A stretch of 64,000 bases of DNA from an uncultured delta proteobacterium (lineage in GTDB: Bacteria; Myxococcota; Myxococcia; Myxococcales; Anaeromyxobacteraceae). The stretch spans positions 273,624 to 337,623 of the forward strand of contig CAWFDF010000009.1 of the NCBI GenBank assembly GCA_963814585.1. Direction: 5' to 3'. Both the position numbers and the translations under genes were made by a program. The notes below the pieces were generated by a model, which worked only from the letters and a program-made list of their open reading frames with translations, was not told the origin of the DNA and ran no database searches. Position 1 is the first letter of the stretch, and each line of letters begins with the position of its first letter. This document shows positions 1 to 14,631 of this stretch, one piece after another.

Positions 1-94
1 CCCGGGAGCGGCGGGGCCTCGACGCGACCAGGGGAGCCGCCGGGGTCTGAACCTGGCTTGCGTCGGCGCCACCAGAAGCCGGCGCCGACGCGAT

Positions 95-1201
95 CTAGAC
101 GTTGAACCGGAAGTGCATGACGTCGCCGTCCTGCACCACGTAGTCGCGCCCCTCGATCCGCAGCTTCCCCTTCTCGCGGCAGGCCGCCTCGGTCTTCAGC
201 TCGAGCAGGTCCTCGACGCGGATCACCTCGGCCTTGATGAAGCCCTTCTCGAAGTCGGTGTGGATGACCCCGGCCGCCATGGGCGCGGTGTCGCCGCGGT
301 GGACCGTCCAGGCCCGGCACTCGTCGCCGCCGGAGGTGAAGAAGGTGATGAGGTGGAGCAGGTCGTAGCCGGCCCGCACCAGGCGGTTGAGGCCAGGCTC
401 GGTCATCCCCATGCTGGCCAGGAACTCGGCCCGCTCGGCGGGCGGAAGCTCGACGAGCTCGGCCTCGACCTTGCCGCAGATGACGACCACGGGGGCGCCC
501 TCCTCGTCGGCCAGCGCCTTCACCAGGGCGACATGCGGGTCGTCGGGGGCGAGCTCGGTGTCGTCCACATTGGCGATGTAGAGGACCGGCTTGGCGGTGA
601 GCAGCGACAGCTCCCTCGCGAGCGCCCGCCCCTCGTCGGAGAGCTTCTGGCGGCGCACCGGGACGCCGCCGTCCAGGCCGGCCCTGAGCTCGTCGAGGTG
701 CACCAGCTCGGCCCGGGCCAGCTCGCCCGGCTTGCCGGCGCCCTTGGTGTTCTTCACGGTCCGCTCGCGCCGCTTCTCGACCGACTCGAGGTCCTTCAGC
801 ATCAGCTCGGTCTCGACCACGTCGCGGTCGGAGCGCGGGTCCACCTGGCCGGCCACGTGGATGACGTCCGGGTCCACGAAGCAGCGCAGCACGTGGGCGA
901 TGGCGTCCACCTCGCGGATGGTGGCGAGGAACTGGTTGCCCAGGCCCTCGCCCTTCGACGCCCCGGCCACCAGGCCGGCGATGTCGACGAACTCCAGCGT
1001 GGTGGGGGTGGTCTTCTCCGGGCCGAAGAGGGCCGAGAGCGCGTCGAGCCGCTGGTCCGGCACCGGCACCACGCCGAGGTTCGGCTCGATGGTGCAGAAC
1101 GGGTAGTTGGCCGCCGCCGCCTGGGCGGTGCCCAGCAGCGCGTTGAAGAGGGTGGACTTCCCCACGTTGGGGAGCCCGACGATGCCGATGCCGAGTGCCA
1201 T
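95..1201 (-). CDS. ychF: Redox-regulated ATPase YchF (Obg family)
   Basis: GIVGLPNVGKSTLFNAL P-loop, ANYPFCTIEPN, DIAGLV and the C-terminal TGS motif EGRDYVVQDGDVMHFRFNV. Confidence 0.97.
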   Translation of the reverse strand: MALGIGIVGLPNVGKSTLFNALLGTAQAAAANYPFCTIEPNLGVVPVPDQRLDALSALFGPEKTTPTTLEFVDIAGLVAGASKGEGLGNQFLATIREVDAIAHVLRCFVDPDVIHVAGQVDPRSDRDVVETELMLKDLESVEKRRERTVKNTKGAGKPGELARAELVHLDELRAGLDGGVPVRRQKLSDEGRALARELSLLTAKPVLYIANVDDTELAPDDPHVALVKALADEEGAPVVVICGKVEAELVELPPAERAEFLASMGMTEPGLNRLVRAGYDLLHLITFFTSGGDECRAWTVHRGDTAPMAAGVIHTDFEKGFIKAEVIRVEDLLELKTEAACREKGKLRIEGRDYVVQDGDVMHFRFNV

Positions 1202-1219
1202 GAGGCTTCCTTGGAAATG

Positions 1220-1256
1220 AAACGGCCCCGGCGGACCTGGAGGGCCCGCCGGAGCC
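1220..1256 (-). terminator. Putative intrinsic terminator after atpF
   Basis: GC-rich imperfect inverted repeat (cggccccggcggacc/ggcccgccggagccg) followed on the minus strand by TTTCATTT. Confidence 0.5.
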
Positions 1257-1282
1257 GGCGATGCGTGACCGCGGAGGCGCCG

Positions 1283-1819
1283 CTAGGCGCGTCCGGCGGG
1301 GAGCTGCTTCAGGTAGTCCTCGACCAGCTGGCGCTGGGACTTCTCGTCCAGGCTGGCCTTCACCAGCCGGGACGCCGCGTCGATGGCGAGATCGACCGCC
1401 ATGCCGCGGAGCTCGGAGACCGCCTTGGACCTCTCCTCGACGATCTGCTTGCGGGCGCTGGAGACCAGCTCGTCGGCCTCCTGGCGGGCCCTGGCCGTGA
1501 GCTCCTGGCGGAGCTTCTCGACCTCCTGCTGGTTCCGCTTGGCCATCTCGGCGGCCTCCCGGGTGGCGCGGGCCAGCGACTCCTTCTGCTCGGCCAGCAT
1601 CCGCTCGGCCTCGGCCCGCTCCTTCTTGGCCGCGTCGATGGCCTCGTGGATGGTCCGGGCCCGCTCGTCGAGCATCTTGACGATGGGACCCCAGGCGAAC
1701 TTGTAGAGGACGCCCAGCAGCACCAGGAAGGTGATGGCCGTCCAGAGGGTGAGCCCGGGGTTGATGGTGGTGAGCGACCCGGCGGCCAGCACCGGGGCGG
1801 GGACGGCGAAGAGGGCCAT
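1283..1819 (-). CDS. atpF: ATP synthase Fo subunit b
   Basis: INPGLTLWTAITFLVLLGVLYKFAWGPIVKMLDER transmembrane segment followed by a long charged coiled coil; lies after atpE. Confidence 0.93.
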   Translation of the reverse strand: MALFAVPAPVLAAGSLTTINPGLTLWTAITFLVLLGVLYKFAWGPIVKMLDERARTIHEAIDAAKKERAEAERMLAEQKESLARATREAAEMAKRNQQEVEKLRQELTARARQEADELVSSARKQIVEERSKAVSELRGMAVDLAIDAASRLVKASLDEKSQRQLVEDYLKQLPAGRA

Positions 1820-1853
1820 GCTGGCTCCTTCTGGTCGCGGCCGGACGGCCGGA

Positions 1854-2084
1854 CTACTTGGCGATGGCGAGGAGCAGCGTGACCACGATGGCGAAGAGCG
1901 TGGCGCCTTCGATGAGGGCGGCGGCGATGATCATCGAGGTGCGGATCTCGCCGGCGGCGGTGGGCTGGCGGGCCGAGCCCTCCATGGCGGCGGCGGCCAG
2001 CTTGCCGATGCCGACGCCGGCGCCGATGACGGCGAGGCCGGCGCCGATGCCGGCGCCGAAGTATCCGAGAGAGAACTGGTTCAT
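1854..2084 (-). CDS. atpE: ATP synthase Fo subunit c
   Basis: 76-aa hairpin with GxGxGxG, ARQP loop and the ion-binding Glu in AALIEG. Confidence 0.97.
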   Translation of the reverse strand: MNQFSLGYFGAGIGAGLAVIGAGVGIGKLAAAAMEGSARQPTAAGEIRTSMIIAAALIEGATLFAIVVTLLLAIAK

Positions 2085-2214
2085 GGTGTCATTCCTCAGG
2101 TGCTGCCGTGGCGGCGGATGAGGGACGGGCCGCCGTGACCCGTGGCGCGAGTGCTCCGCGCTCGACTACCCATGGCCCGGGAACCCTCCCGGCCACGTGT
2201 GAGAGGTGGGACTC

Positions 2215-3333
2215 CTAGTGGTGGGCCTCGGCGTGGTCGCCGTGGGCGGCGCCGTGCTCCTCGTGCTCGTCGTGGCCGTGGCTGGCGAAGGCGGCCCCGA
2301 TGAAGAGCGAGGAGAGCATGGTGAAGATGTAGGCCTGCACGAAGGCCACGAAGAGCTCGAGCATGAAGATGGCGAGCGCCAGCGCCACCGAGGCCGGCGC
2401 CACCCAGACCGAGATGGCGAAGATCAGGCCGAGCAGCGCCAGGATGACGAAGTGGCCGGCCACCATGTTGGCGAAGAGACGGACGGTGAGGGCGAAGGGC
2501 TTGGTGAAGAGCCCGAGCACCTCCACCGGGACCATGACGAACCAGAGCGGCCAGAGCGACTTGGGCACGCCGCCGGTGAGGTGGGCCAGGTAGGCGCCGA
2601 TCCCCATGGCCTTGATGGCCGCGTACTGGGTGATGAGGAAGGTGAACACCGCCAGGCAGACCGTCACGTTGACGTTGGCGGTGGCGGTGCCGCTCCAGGG
2701 GATGAGCCCGAACAGGTTGACGAAGAGGATGAAGAAGAAGGCGGTCAGCAGGTAGGGCAGGAAGCGGTCGGCGTCCTTCTTGCCGATGTTGGGCGCCGCC
2801 AGCTCGTTGCGGACGAAGTTCACCAGCAGCTCGACGAAGTTGTAGAGCCCGCGCGGCACCAGGGCGCGCTTGCGGGTGGCGGAGAGCACCACCAGCAGCA
2901 GCAGCGCCGAGGCCAGCCACATCATGATGACGTGCTTGGTCGGCGTCATGTCGACGGCGCCGAACTTGAGGGCGTCGCCGAAGGTGCCGCTCAGCTTCCA
3001 CTCGCAGTTCCAGTGCCAGCCGCCCTGCCCGTCCTTGACGCAGACGCCGGGGTACTCGATGACGTCGCCGTCGACCACGTGGTGCATCATCACCGCGCCG
3101 AGGCTCTCGTCGTGGCCTCCGCCGTGGGCGCCAGCGGTCGCCTCGTGCCCGGCCGGCGCGCCGTGCCCGCCGGCGGAGGCGCCGTGCGGGGCGGGGGCGC
3201 CGTGCTCCACGGTGGCGGCGGGCGCGGCGTGGCCATGGCCGGCGTGGGGATCGGCGGCGTCGCCGGGGGGGGCGGGCTGATGCTGGCCGAGGGTGAGGCT
3301 GAGCGCGAGCGTGACGAGCGTCGAGGCGATCAT
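2215..3333 (-). CDS. atpB: ATP synthase Fo subunit a with His-rich N- and C-terminal extensions
   Basis: [18 protein letters not shown] (conserved Arg) and [16 protein letters not shown]. Confidence 0.95.
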   Translation of the reverse strand: MIASTLVTLALSLTLGQHQPAPPGDAADPHAGHGHAAPAATVEHGAPAPHGASAGGHGAPAGHEATAGAHGGGHDESLGAVMMHHVVDGDVIEYPGVCVKDGQGGWHWNCEWKLSGTFGDALKFGAVDMTPTKHVIMMWLASALLLLVVLSATRKRALVPRGLYNFVELLVNFVRNELAAPNIGKKDADRFLPYLLTAFFFILFVNLFGLIPWSGTATANVNVTVCLAVFTFLITQYAAIKAMGIGAYLAHLTGGVPKSLWPLWFVMVPVEVLGLFTKPFALTVRLFANMVAGHFVILALLGLIFAISVWVAPASVALALAIFMLELFVAFVQAYIFTMLSSLFIGAAFASHGHDEHEEHGAAHGDHAEAHH

Positions 3334-3695
3334 GCGGTCGTTTCCGGGGCGCGGCGGAGGGTGTGGACGTAGGCGGCCTCGAGGGCCGCGAAGGCGAAGA
3401 AGGTGACGAAGAAGGCCACCACGAAGGCGATGACGTTCCCGCTGGCCCGAACCACGGCGACGGTGCCGAGGCCGAGCAGGACGAGGCGGAGGAGGAAGCC
3501 GGCCACCACGACGGCCAGCGCCGCCTGGATCGGCCTGGAGGCGCGCGCCGTGATCCGCAGCGCCAGGACGGAGCCGAGGCCGGTGAGCCCGGCGATGGCC
3601 GCGCCGGCCAGCGCCCCGAGCCGGTACTCGCCGGTGGCGCTGGCGATCCCCAGGAAGGCGGCGGCGATGGCGGTGGCGGCGAGCGGGAACTTCAC
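3330..3695 (-). CDS. ATP synthase protein I-like membrane protein
   Basis: Four hydrophobic segments with [12 protein letters not shown] start at 3695 overlaps the upstream stop (GTGA) and its own stop overlaps the atpB start. Confidence 0.7.
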   Translation of the reverse strand: MKFPLAATAIAAAFLGIASATGEYRLGALAGAAIAGLTGLGSVLALRITARASRPIQAALAVVVAGFLLRLVLLGLGTVAVVRASGNVIAFVVAFFVTFFAFAALEAAYVHTLRRAPETTA

Positions 3696-3937
3696 TTGTC
3701 CTTCCTCGGTCCCAGGACCTGCCTGAAGAAGCTGATGAACCCGACCACCATCCCCAGCACCGCGCCGGCCACCGTCAACCACGGGGTCCGCAGCTCGAAC
3801 CACCCGTCGGCCAGGTGCCCGAGCCAGGTGCAGCCACCGACCGCAACCACCAGGCTCGTCGAGGCGGCGGTGTATGGCGCCGCCTTCCGGTACGCGTCGG
3901 CGAGGCTGTTGAGACCGTTACCCTTGCCTTGAAACAT
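3692..3937 (-). CDS. AtpZ/AtpI (ATPase_gene1) family protein
   Basis: [33 protein letters not shown] matches the GxxLGxxLDxxxxTxPW pattern; first gene of the Fo block. Confidence 0.8.
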   Translation of the reverse strand: MFQGKGNGLNSLADAYRKAAPYTAASTSLVVAVGGCTWLGHLADGWFELRTPWLTVAGAVLGMVVGFISFFRQVLGPRKDK

Positions 3938-4057
3938 GAGGGACATCCAATGCTTCGGTGAGGCGGAGGGGACGCTCGTATAGCAGGGCCAATCCCCGCT
4001 CGTCAACGACTGCCGGAGCGGGCCCGGAGCGCCCCCTCCCTGCGGGGCAAGCGCCCG

Positions 4058-5353
4058 TCATCCTTCGATCTTTGCCGCAGCGGCGAAGGCCACCCTCGCG
4101 GCGCGGAGCGTCAGGGCCAGGTCGGCCTCGGAGTGGGCGGTGGAGAGGAAGGCCGACTCGAACTGGGAGGGTGGGAAGTAGACGCCGTTCTCCAGCAGGG
4201 CGTGGAAGAAGGCGCCGAACCGCCTCGCCGAGGCCAGGCGGGCGCTGGCCGCGTCGGTGACCGGGGTCGAGGTGAAGAAGACGGTCAGCATCGAGCCGAC
4301 GCGGTTGAGCACCACCGGGACCTTCTCGGCGGCGGCCGCCTCCAGCAGCCCGGCCGCCAGCGCGGCGGCCCGGGTCTCCAGCAGCTGGTAGGCGGCCGGC
4401 GTCATCAGCCTCAGGGTGGCCATGCCGGCGGCCATGGCCATGGGGTTCCCGGAGAGCGTCCCGGCCTGGTAGATGGGGCCGGCCGGCGCCACCCGGTCCA
4501 TCACGTCGGCGCGGCCGCCGAAGGCCCCCACCGGCAGGCCTCCCCCGATCACCTTGCCGAAGGTGACGAGGTCGGGGCGGAGGCCGTAGAGGCCGCAGGC
4601 GCCGCCGCTGCCGAGCCGGAAGCCGGTCATCACCTCGTCGACGATGAAGAGCGCTCCGTGCCGCTTGCAGAGGTCGTGGATGCCCTGCAGGTAGCCGGGC
4701 TCCGGCACGATCACGCCCATGTTGCCCACCACCGGCTCGATGATGACGGCGGCGATGGTGCGGCCGTGGGCCTCGAAGAGCCGCGCCAGGGCGGGCAGGT
4801 CGTTGTAGGGGGCGGTCAGGGTGTGCTTCGCCACGTCGGCCGGCACGCCGGGCGAGTCGGGCAGGCCCAGCGTCTCCACGCCCGAGCCGGCCTTGACCAG
4901 CAGCGGGTCGCCGGCGCCGTGGTAGCAGCCGTCGAACTTGACCAGGTCGTCACGCCCGGTGAAGCCGCGGGCCACCCGGATGGCGGCGGTGGTGGCCTCG
5001 GTGCCGGAGGAGCAGAAGCGCATCTTCTCGATCCAGGGGGCCCGCTCGCGCACCAGCTCGGCCAGCTGGATCTCCTTGGGGCTGGGGGCGCCGAAGCTGG
5101 AGCCCTCGCGCAGCGCCTCCTGCACCTCGCGCATCACCTCGGGGGCGCAGTGGCCGGCGATGAGCGGCCCCCAGGAGAGGACGTAGTCGACGTAGTCGTT
5201 GCCGTCGACGTCGACGAGGTGGGCGCCGCGGCCGCGGGCGATGAAGCGCGGCGTGCCGCCCACGCCCTTGAAGGCCCGGACCGGCGAGTTGACGCCGCCG
5301 GGGAAGAGGGTGTTGGCCTTGGCGAAGAGCTTCTCGGAGAGGTCGGTCTTCAT
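4058..5353 (-). CDS. hemL: Glutamate-1-semialdehyde 2,1-aminomutase
   Basis: PGGVNSPVRAF, SSGTEAT, DEVMTGFR and the PLP lysine in TFGKVIGGGLPVGA; start taken at MKTDLSE (5353). Confidence 0.96.
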   Translation of the reverse strand: MKTDLSEKLFAKANTLFPGGVNSPVRAFKGVGGTPRFIARGRGAHLVDVDGNDYVDYVLSWGPLIAGHCAPEVMREVQEALREGSSFGAPSPKEIQLAELVRERAPWIEKMRFCSSGTEATTAAIRVARGFTGRDDLVKFDGCYHGAGDPLLVKAGSGVETLGLPDSPGVPADVAKHTLTAPYNDLPALARLFEAHGRTIAAVIIEPVVGNMGVIVPEPGYLQGIHDLCKRHGALFIVDEVMTGFRLGSGGACGLYGLRPDLVTFGKVIGGGLPVGAFGGRADVMDRVAPAGPIYQAGTLSGNPMAMAAGMATLRLMTPAAYQLLETRAAALAAGLLEAAAAEKVPVVLNRVGSMLTVFFTSTPVTDAASARLASARRFGAFFHALLENGVYFPPSQFESAFLSTAHSEADLALTLRAARVAFAAAAKIEG

Positions 5354-6318
5354 GGGATGATCTCGCGGTCCTGGGGCTTGGGGTGACCGTAGTCGAAGGC
5401 TTCGTTGCGGTCGCCGGGGGTGACGGTCCGGGCCGCTTCCTTGCGCCGGCGGACCGCTTCGATGTTGGTGAGGATGGCCTGCGGGTTGGGGTGGCCCGGC
5501 AGGGCCAGCGCGTAGAGCTCGAGGGCCCGGTCGAACCTGCCGAGCTGGGCGTAGAGGCCGGCCTGTCCCTCCTGCGCCCGCGCCACCAGCTCCGGGGCCG
5601 GCCGCCGGTCGACGAGGGCCTGGAAGGCGCGCAGCCCCTCCTCGTCGTGGTGGTCGAGGGCCCAGGCCTGCGCGGTGAGCAGCTGCGCCTCGTCGGCCTC
5701 GACGCTGGCTGGCCAGCGCTCGCGCAGGGTGCGGGCCTCGGCGCGGGCCTGCTCGGCGTTGCCGAGCTCGAGGTACTCGCGCGCCACCTTGAGCTGGAAG
5801 GCGGGGGCCTGCGCCGCGTCGCTGGCGGCGATGTGGGCGTACTGGGCGATGGCCGCCTGGCGGTCCTGGAAGCGGTCGCGGAAGATGTCGCCGATGATGG
5901 CACGGGCCTGGAGCGCCTCCGGGCTGCCGGGCTGCAGCGAGATGATGCGCCGGTAGTAGGCGATGGCGCCGGCGTAGTCGCCCAGCTCCAGGTAGGCCAC
6001 GTCGCCGGCGGCCCGCAGGACCCGGAGCCGGACCGCGGCCTGCGGCCCGGGCAGCGGCCCCTCCCCGAGCGAGGCCAGCAGCCTCTGGAGCTTCTCCAGC
6101 GCCTCGCGGGGCTGGCCGCGCTGGCGCAGCTGGGCGGCCGCCTCGATGACGGCCTCGGGCGACGAGCACCCGGGGAGCGCGGCGAGCAGTCCGGCCAGGC
6201 CCAGGGCCACGGCCCGACGGCCCGGCGCCCTGGCGGGGCCACGCGCCCGGCCGGGTCCCCGCCGCGGGGCATGCCGCCTGGCCGTGCCGGGGCCGGTCCC
6301 GCCGAGGAGCGCCGTCAC
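5350..6318 (-). CDS. Tetratricopeptide-repeat lipoprotein
   Basis: Lipobox-like LAALPGC then TPR helices (LGDYAGAIAYYRRII, LGRFDRALELYALAL); 4-nt overlaps with gyrA and hemL. Confidence 0.75.
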   Translation of the reverse strand: MTALLGGTGPGTARRHAPRRGPGRARGPARAPGRRAVALGLAGLLAALPGCSSPEAVIEAAAQLRQRGQPREALEKLQRLLASLGEGPLPGPQAAVRLRVLRAAGDVAYLELGDYAGAIAYYRRIISLQPGSPEALQARAIIGDIFRDRFQDRQAAIAQYAHIAASDAAQAPAFQLKVAREYLELGNAEQARAEARTLRERWPASVEADEAQLLTAQAWALDHHDEEGLRAFQALVDRRPAPELVARAQEGQAGLYAQLGRFDRALELYALALPGHPNPQAILTNIEAVRRRKEAARTVTPGDRNEAFDYGHPKPQDREIIP

Positions 6319-8954
6319 GCCGGCTCCTCTTCCCCCTCGCCGTCGCTGGGCGCGGTCTCCACCGGCGCGGCCAGCTCGCCGCCCGGCTCCTCCACCCCGG
6401 CGGCGGCGGCCTCCGGGCTGGTCTCGGCGACGCGGGCCACGCCCACCACCTGCTCCTCCTTCGACTCGAGGGTGATGAGCCGGACGCCCTGGGTGTTGCG
6501 CCCGATGACGCTGATGCCGCTGGCCGCCATGCGGATGAGCATGCCGGCGTTGGTGATGAGCATGACCTCCTCGGTGTCGAGGACGCGGGTGGCGGCCACC
6601 ACCGGCCCGTTCCGCTCCGAGGTCTTGATGGTGATGAGCCCCTTGCCGCCCCGGCTCTGCAGCCGGTACTCGGCGAGCTCGGTCCGCTTGCCGTAGCCGT
6701 TGCGGGTGATGGTGAGGATGGTCGGCAGCGGCGCGCCCTCGGCCGGCGCCGGCAGCACCTCGGCCGCCACCACCTCGTCGCCCTCGTCCAGGGTGATGCC
6801 CTTGACGCCGTAGGCGGTCCGCCCGGTGGCGCGGGCGTCCGCCTCCTCGAAGCGGATGGCCATGCCCTGCGCGGTGGACAGCAGCAGGTGGTCGCCGGCG
6901 CTGGTGAGCCGCGCCGAGATCAGCTCGTCGCCGTCCTCGATGCCCAGCGCGATGATGCCGGTGGCGCGCGGGCGCGAGAAGGCGTCGAGCCGGGTCTTCT
7001 TGACCAGGCCGCGCCGGGTGGCCATGGAGACGTGCTCGCCGCTCCCCTTCTCCTCCACCTCCTCGGCCCCCTCGGCCTCCTCGCCCCCGGGCGGATCGGG
7101 GAGCCGGCGCACCGGCAGGATGGCGGCCACCTTCTCGCCTGGCGCCATCTGGACCAGGTTGACGATGGGCTTGCCGCGGGCGGCCCGCCCGGCCTGGGGG
7201 ATCTCGTGGACCTTGAGCCAGTAGACCCGGCCGCGGTCGGAGAAGACCAGCACGTAGCTGTGGGTCGAGGCGGTGAAGAGGCTCTCGAGGAAGTCCTCCT
7301 CGCGGGTGGCGGCGCCGGTCTTCCCCTTCCCGCCCCGCTTCTGGGCGCGGTAGAGGCTGACCGGGTTGCGCTTCACGTAGCCGAGGTGCGAGACGGTGAC
7401 CACCATCTCCTCCTCGGCGATCAGGTCCTCGGTGGAGAGGTCGGCGGTCTCGCCCTGGATCTCGGTGCGCCGCTCGTCGCCGAAGAGGTCCTTGACCTCC
7501 AGGAGCTCGGCGGTGATGACCTCGAGCAGCACCTTCTCGTTGGCCAGGATCTCCTTCAGCCGGGTGATGAGCGCCTGCACCTCGGCGAGCTCGTCGAGGA
7601 TCTTCTGCCGCTCCAGGCCGGTGAGCCGCTGCAGCTGCATCTCCAGGATGGCCTTGGCCTGCAGCTCGGAGAGGCCGAAGGTGGCGATCAGGCCGAGGCG
7701 GGCCGCCTCGCGATCGCCGGCCTTCTTGATGAGCTCGATGATCTCGTCGATGTGGTCGAGCGCGATCCGAAGCCCGAGCAGGATGTGCTCGCGGGCCCGC
7801 GCCTGCTTCAGGTCGTGGCGGGTCCGGCGCGTCACCACGTCGCGGCGGTGGGCCAGGAAGCGCTCCAGCACCGACTTCAGGTCGAGGATGCGCGGCTGGC
7901 CGGCGTCGATGGCCAGCAGCGTGACCCCGAAGCCGACCTGCATGTCGGTGTGGAGGTAGAGGTTGTTGAGCACCACCTGGGCCATGGCGTCGCGCTTCAG
8001 CTCGATGACGATGCGCATCCCCTCGCGGCTCGACTCGTCGCGCAGGTCGCTGATCCCCTCGAGGCGCTTCTCGCGGACCAGGTCGGCGATCTTCTCCACC
8101 AGCCTGGCCTTGTTGACCTGGTAGGGGATCTCGGTGACGACGATGGCCTCGCGCTCGGTCTTGGGGTGGACCTCGACGCTGGCCCGGGCCCGCACCTGGA
8201 TGTTGCCGCGCCCCTCCTCGTAGGTCTTCCTGATCCCGTCGCGGCCGAGGATGATGCCGGCGGTGGGGAAGTCGGGGCCGGGGATGAAGCGCATCAGCTC
8301 GGTCACCGTCGCCCGGGGGTGATGGACGAGGTGGACCACCGCGTCGATCACCTCGTTCATGTTGTGGGGCGGGATGTTGGTGGCCATGCCGACGGCGATG
8401 CCGGAGGAGCCGTTGACCAGCAGGTTGGGGAAGCGGGTCGGCATGACCAGCGGCTCGACGGTGGTGTCGTCGAAGTTGGGCCCCCACTCGACGGTCTCCT
8501 TGTCGATGTCGGCCAGCAGCCAGTCGGCCAGCTTCTCCAGCCTCGACTCGGTGTAGCGGTAGGCGGCGGCCGGATCGCCGTCGACCGAGCCGAAGTTGCC
8601 CTGGCCGTCGATGAGCGGATAGCGGAGGTTCCAGTCCTGCACCAGCCGGACCAGCGCGTCGTAGACCGAGGCGTCGCCGTGCGGGTGGTACTTCTTGAGG
8701 ACCTCGCCGACCACGCCGGCGCACTTCGAGTAGCGCTTGTTGTGGTGCAGCCCCTCGGTGTGCATCGCGTAGAGGATGCGGCGGTGGACCGGCTTCAGGC
8801 CGTCGCGCACGTCGGGGAGCGCGCGGCCGATGATCACCGACATCGAGTAGTCGAGATACGACTTGCGCATCTCGTCTTCGATGTTCACCTGGGCCCGGTG
8901 CGGGTCGGCCGGGGGCGGCGGCGGCGCGGGCGGTGGCAGGGTCTCGTCGGGCAT
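6315..8954 (-). CDS. gyrA: DNA gyrase subunit A
   Basis: [22 protein letters not shown], catalytic AAAYRYTE and GyrA-box QKRGGKG. Confidence 0.98.
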   Translation of the reverse strand: MPDETLPPPAPPPPPADPHRAQVNIEDEMRKSYLDYSMSVIIGRALPDVRDGLKPVHRRILYAMHTEGLHHNKRYSKCAGVVGEVLKKYHPHGDASVYDALVRLVQDWNLRYPLIDGQGNFGSVDGDPAAAYRYTESRLEKLADWLLADIDKETVEWGPNFDDTTVEPLVMPTRFPNLLVNGSSGIAVGMATNIPPHNMNEVIDAVVHLVHHPRATVTELMRFIPGPDFPTAGIILGRDGIRKTYEEGRGNIQVRARASVEVHPKTEREAIVVTEIPYQVNKARLVEKIADLVREKRLEGISDLRDESSREGMRIVIELKRDAMAQVVLNNLYLHTDMQVGFGVTLLAIDAGQPRILDLKSVLERFLAHRRDVVTRRTRHDLKQARAREHILLGLRIALDHIDEIIELIKKAGDREAARLGLIATFGLSELQAKAILEMQLQRLTGLERQKILDELAEVQALITRLKEILANEKVLLEVITAELLEVKDLFGDERRTEIQGETADLSTEDLIAEEEMVVTVSHLGYVKRNPVSLYRAQKRGGKGKTGAATREEDFLESLFTASTHSYVLVFSDRGRVYWLKVHEIPQAGRAARGKPIVNLVQMAPGEKVAAILPVRRLPDPPGGEEAEGAEEVEEKGSGEHVSMATRRGLVKKTRLDAFSRPRATGIIALGIEDGDELISARLTSAGDHLLLSTAQGMAIRFEEADARATGRTAYGVKGITLDEGDEVVAAEVLPAPAEGAPLPTILTITRNGYGKRTELAEYRLQSRGGKGLITIKTSERNGPVVAATRVLDTEEVMLITNAGMLIRMAASGISVIGRNTQGVRLITLESKEEQVVGVARVAETSPEAAAAGVEEPGGELAAPVETAPSDGEGEEEPA

Positions 8955-9078
8955 CGTGATCGGGCTCTCTCGCGGGCCACGCGGGCGTGGCCCGATGGGG
9001 CCCGTGGCGAGCCTTGGTTGTAGCCGAGAAACCCAGTCAACTCAACGCGGTTGGCCCGTTTCCGGGGGCCGCGGCGGG

Positions 9079-9477
9079 CTACTTCCCGGCGATGCCGATG
9101 CGGGCCGCGGCGCGGCGCACCCGCGCCTCTTCCTCGGCGTGGCTGCGATCGTCGGCGGTGAGCTTCTTCAGCTTCTCCCGGGCGTCGGCGAGGGCGCGCT
9201 GGGCGCGGTCGAGGTCGATGTCGGAGGCCGCCTCGGCGCTGTCGGCCAGCACGATCACCTTGTCGTCGGCGACCTGCAGGAACCCGCCGCCGATGGCGAA
9301 GTGGTGCTCGCGCCCGCCCTCGACGTAGCTGAGCCGGCCGGGCTCGAGCGCGCTCATGAAGCTGGTGTGGCCGCGGCGGATGCCGAAGCCGCCCTGGACG
9401 CCGGGGGCCCGCACCTCGTCGCAGGTGACGGACAGGACGCGCCGCTCCGGCGTGACGATGTCGAGGGTGAGCGCCAT
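9079..9477 (-). CDS. atpC: ATP synthase F1 epsilon
   Basis: LDIVTPER, GFGIRRGHTSF, IGGGFLQV; follows atpD. Confidence 0.96.
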   Translation of the reverse strand: MALTLDIVTPERRVLSVTCDEVRAPGVQGGFGIRRGHTSFMSALEPGRLSYVEGGREHHFAIGGGFLQVADDKVIVLADSAEAASDIDLDRAQRALADAREKLKKLTADDRSHAEEEARVRRAAARIGIAGK

Positions 9478-9480
9478 CGG

Positions 9481-11821
<2,341 letters not shown>

Positions 11822-11857
11822 GTGCGTCCTCGTTCGGGCCGGGAGGGACGACCCCGG

Positions 11858-13384
<1,527 letters not shown>

Positions 13385-13419
13385 TGCGATCTGTCTCCGG
13401 GGGGTCCGAAAGGGCGTGG

Positions 13420-13959
13420 CTACCGCTTCAGGGTGCTGCGCAGGTCCTCGAGCTGGGTGCGGAGCGAGCCGTCGTAGACGACGCTCCCCACCTGCGCCAC
13501 GACACCGCCGAGGAGGGCGGGATCGACGGCGCGTTCGACGAGCACCTTCTTCTGGGTGGCGGCCGAGAGCTTCTCGGCGATGGCCTGGATGGCGGCGTCG
13601 TCGAGCGGCACGGCGCTGGTGACCCTGGCGCGCAGCCGGCCCAGCTCGACGTCGGCCAGCTCGCGGTAGGCCCCGACGATGGCCGAGAGGCCGGCGAGCC
13701 GGTTCCGCTCGCCGAGCAGGTGCAGCAGCGCGGCGGGCTCGGCCTCCAGCTGGAGGGATTCGGCCAGCCGGGACACCACGGCGGCGCGGGCCTCCCGCCC
13801 GTAGGCCGGGTTCTGCAGCACGTCGCGCAGCTCCGGCGACGCGTCCACGGCCCGCCCGATGGCGAGCAGGCTCTCGCCCCAGGGCTCGATGCGGTTCTTC
13901 TCGACGGCGAGGCTGAAGAGCGCCTTGGCGTAGCGGCGGGCGATGGACCCAAGGATCAT
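13420..13959 (-). CDS. atpH: ATP synthase F1 delta
   Basis: [10 protein letters not shown] and [21 protein letters not shown]; start taken at MILGS (13959). Confidence 0.95.
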   Translation of the reverse strand: MILGSIARRYAKALFSLAVEKNRIEPWGESLLAIGRAVDASPELRDVLQNPAYGREARAAVVSRLAESLQLEAEPAALLHLLGERNRLAGLSAIVGAYRELADVELGRLRARVTSAVPLDDAAIQAIAEKLSAATQKKVLVERAVDPALLGGVVAQVGSVVYDGSLRTQLEDLRSTLKR

Positions 13960-14038
13960 AAGGGGAGCGCTCCGTAGCACGGGCCCCACCTGGTGGTCAA
14001 GGGCGATTGGTCCAATGTTCCGAGCACTTGGAGCGTGT

Positions 14039-14066
14039 TTGACAAGCGTCTGCGCCTGCTTACCTT
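14039..14066 (+). promoter_or_regulatory. Putative sigma70 promoter of hsp20
   Basis: TTGACA-N16-TACCTT, then AGGAGG Shine-Dalgarno at 14091-14096. Confidence 0.5.
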
Positions 14067-14105
14067 GCGGGCGTCTGGCGCGATGCCAAAAGGAGGAAAA
14101 AAATC

Positions 14106-14543
14106 ATGGCGATGCTCACTCGGTACGACCCATTCAGGGATCTGTTCAGGCTCCAGGACGTGCTCGGCCGCACCTTCGACGACCGCGTCGGCCTGCCCAC
14201 CAGCGAGTCGGTCGGCTGGGCCCCGGCGTGCGACATCTTCGAGGACGGCGACGGCGTGACGGTCCGCTTCGAGCTGGCCGGCGTCGACCCGAAGGACGTC
14301 GACATCCGCTTCGAGAACGGCGTGCTCACCATGCGTGGCGAGCGGAAGCTGGAGAAGGAGGACAAGAAGGAGAACTACCACCGGGTCGAGATGCAGTACG
14401 GCTCGTTCAGCCGCTCCTTCTCGCTCCCCGGCACCGTGGACGTGGAGAAGATCCGCGCCGAGTCGAAGAACGGCGTGCTCACGGTGACCCTGCCGAAGAA
14501 GGCCGAGGCCAAGCCCCGGCCGATCCAGGTGAAGGTCAGCTGA
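14106..14543 (+). CDS. Small heat-shock protein, Hsp20/alpha-crystallin family
   Basis: WAPACDIFE, ELAGVDPKDV, YGSFSRSFSLP, NGVLTVTLPK. Confidence 0.96.
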   Translation: MAMLTRYDPFRDLFRLQDVLGRTFDDRVGLPTSESVGWAPACDIFEDGDGVTVRFELAGVDPKDVDIRFENGVLTMRGERKLEKEDKKENYHRVEMQYGSFSRSFSLPGTVDVEKIRAESKNGVLTVTLPKKAEAKPRPIQVKVS

Positions 14544-14574
14544 TCGTCCCGCGGCGCCGAGGCGCCCGGACGAC

Positions 14575-14608
14575 GAAGGCGGGCCACCTTCCCGGTGAGC
14601 CCGCCTTC
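14575..14608. terminator. Hairpin between the convergent hsp20 and bactofilin genes
   Basis: gaaggcgggc...gcccgccttc perfect 10-bp outer stem. Confidence 0.65.
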
Positions 14609-14631
14609 TCGTGTCCGGGTGACGCAGCGCG

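Noticed and set aside
14015..14050. CIRCE operator upstream of hsp20
   Set aside because: GAGCACTT resembles one half-site, but no matching inverted half at 9-bp spacing.
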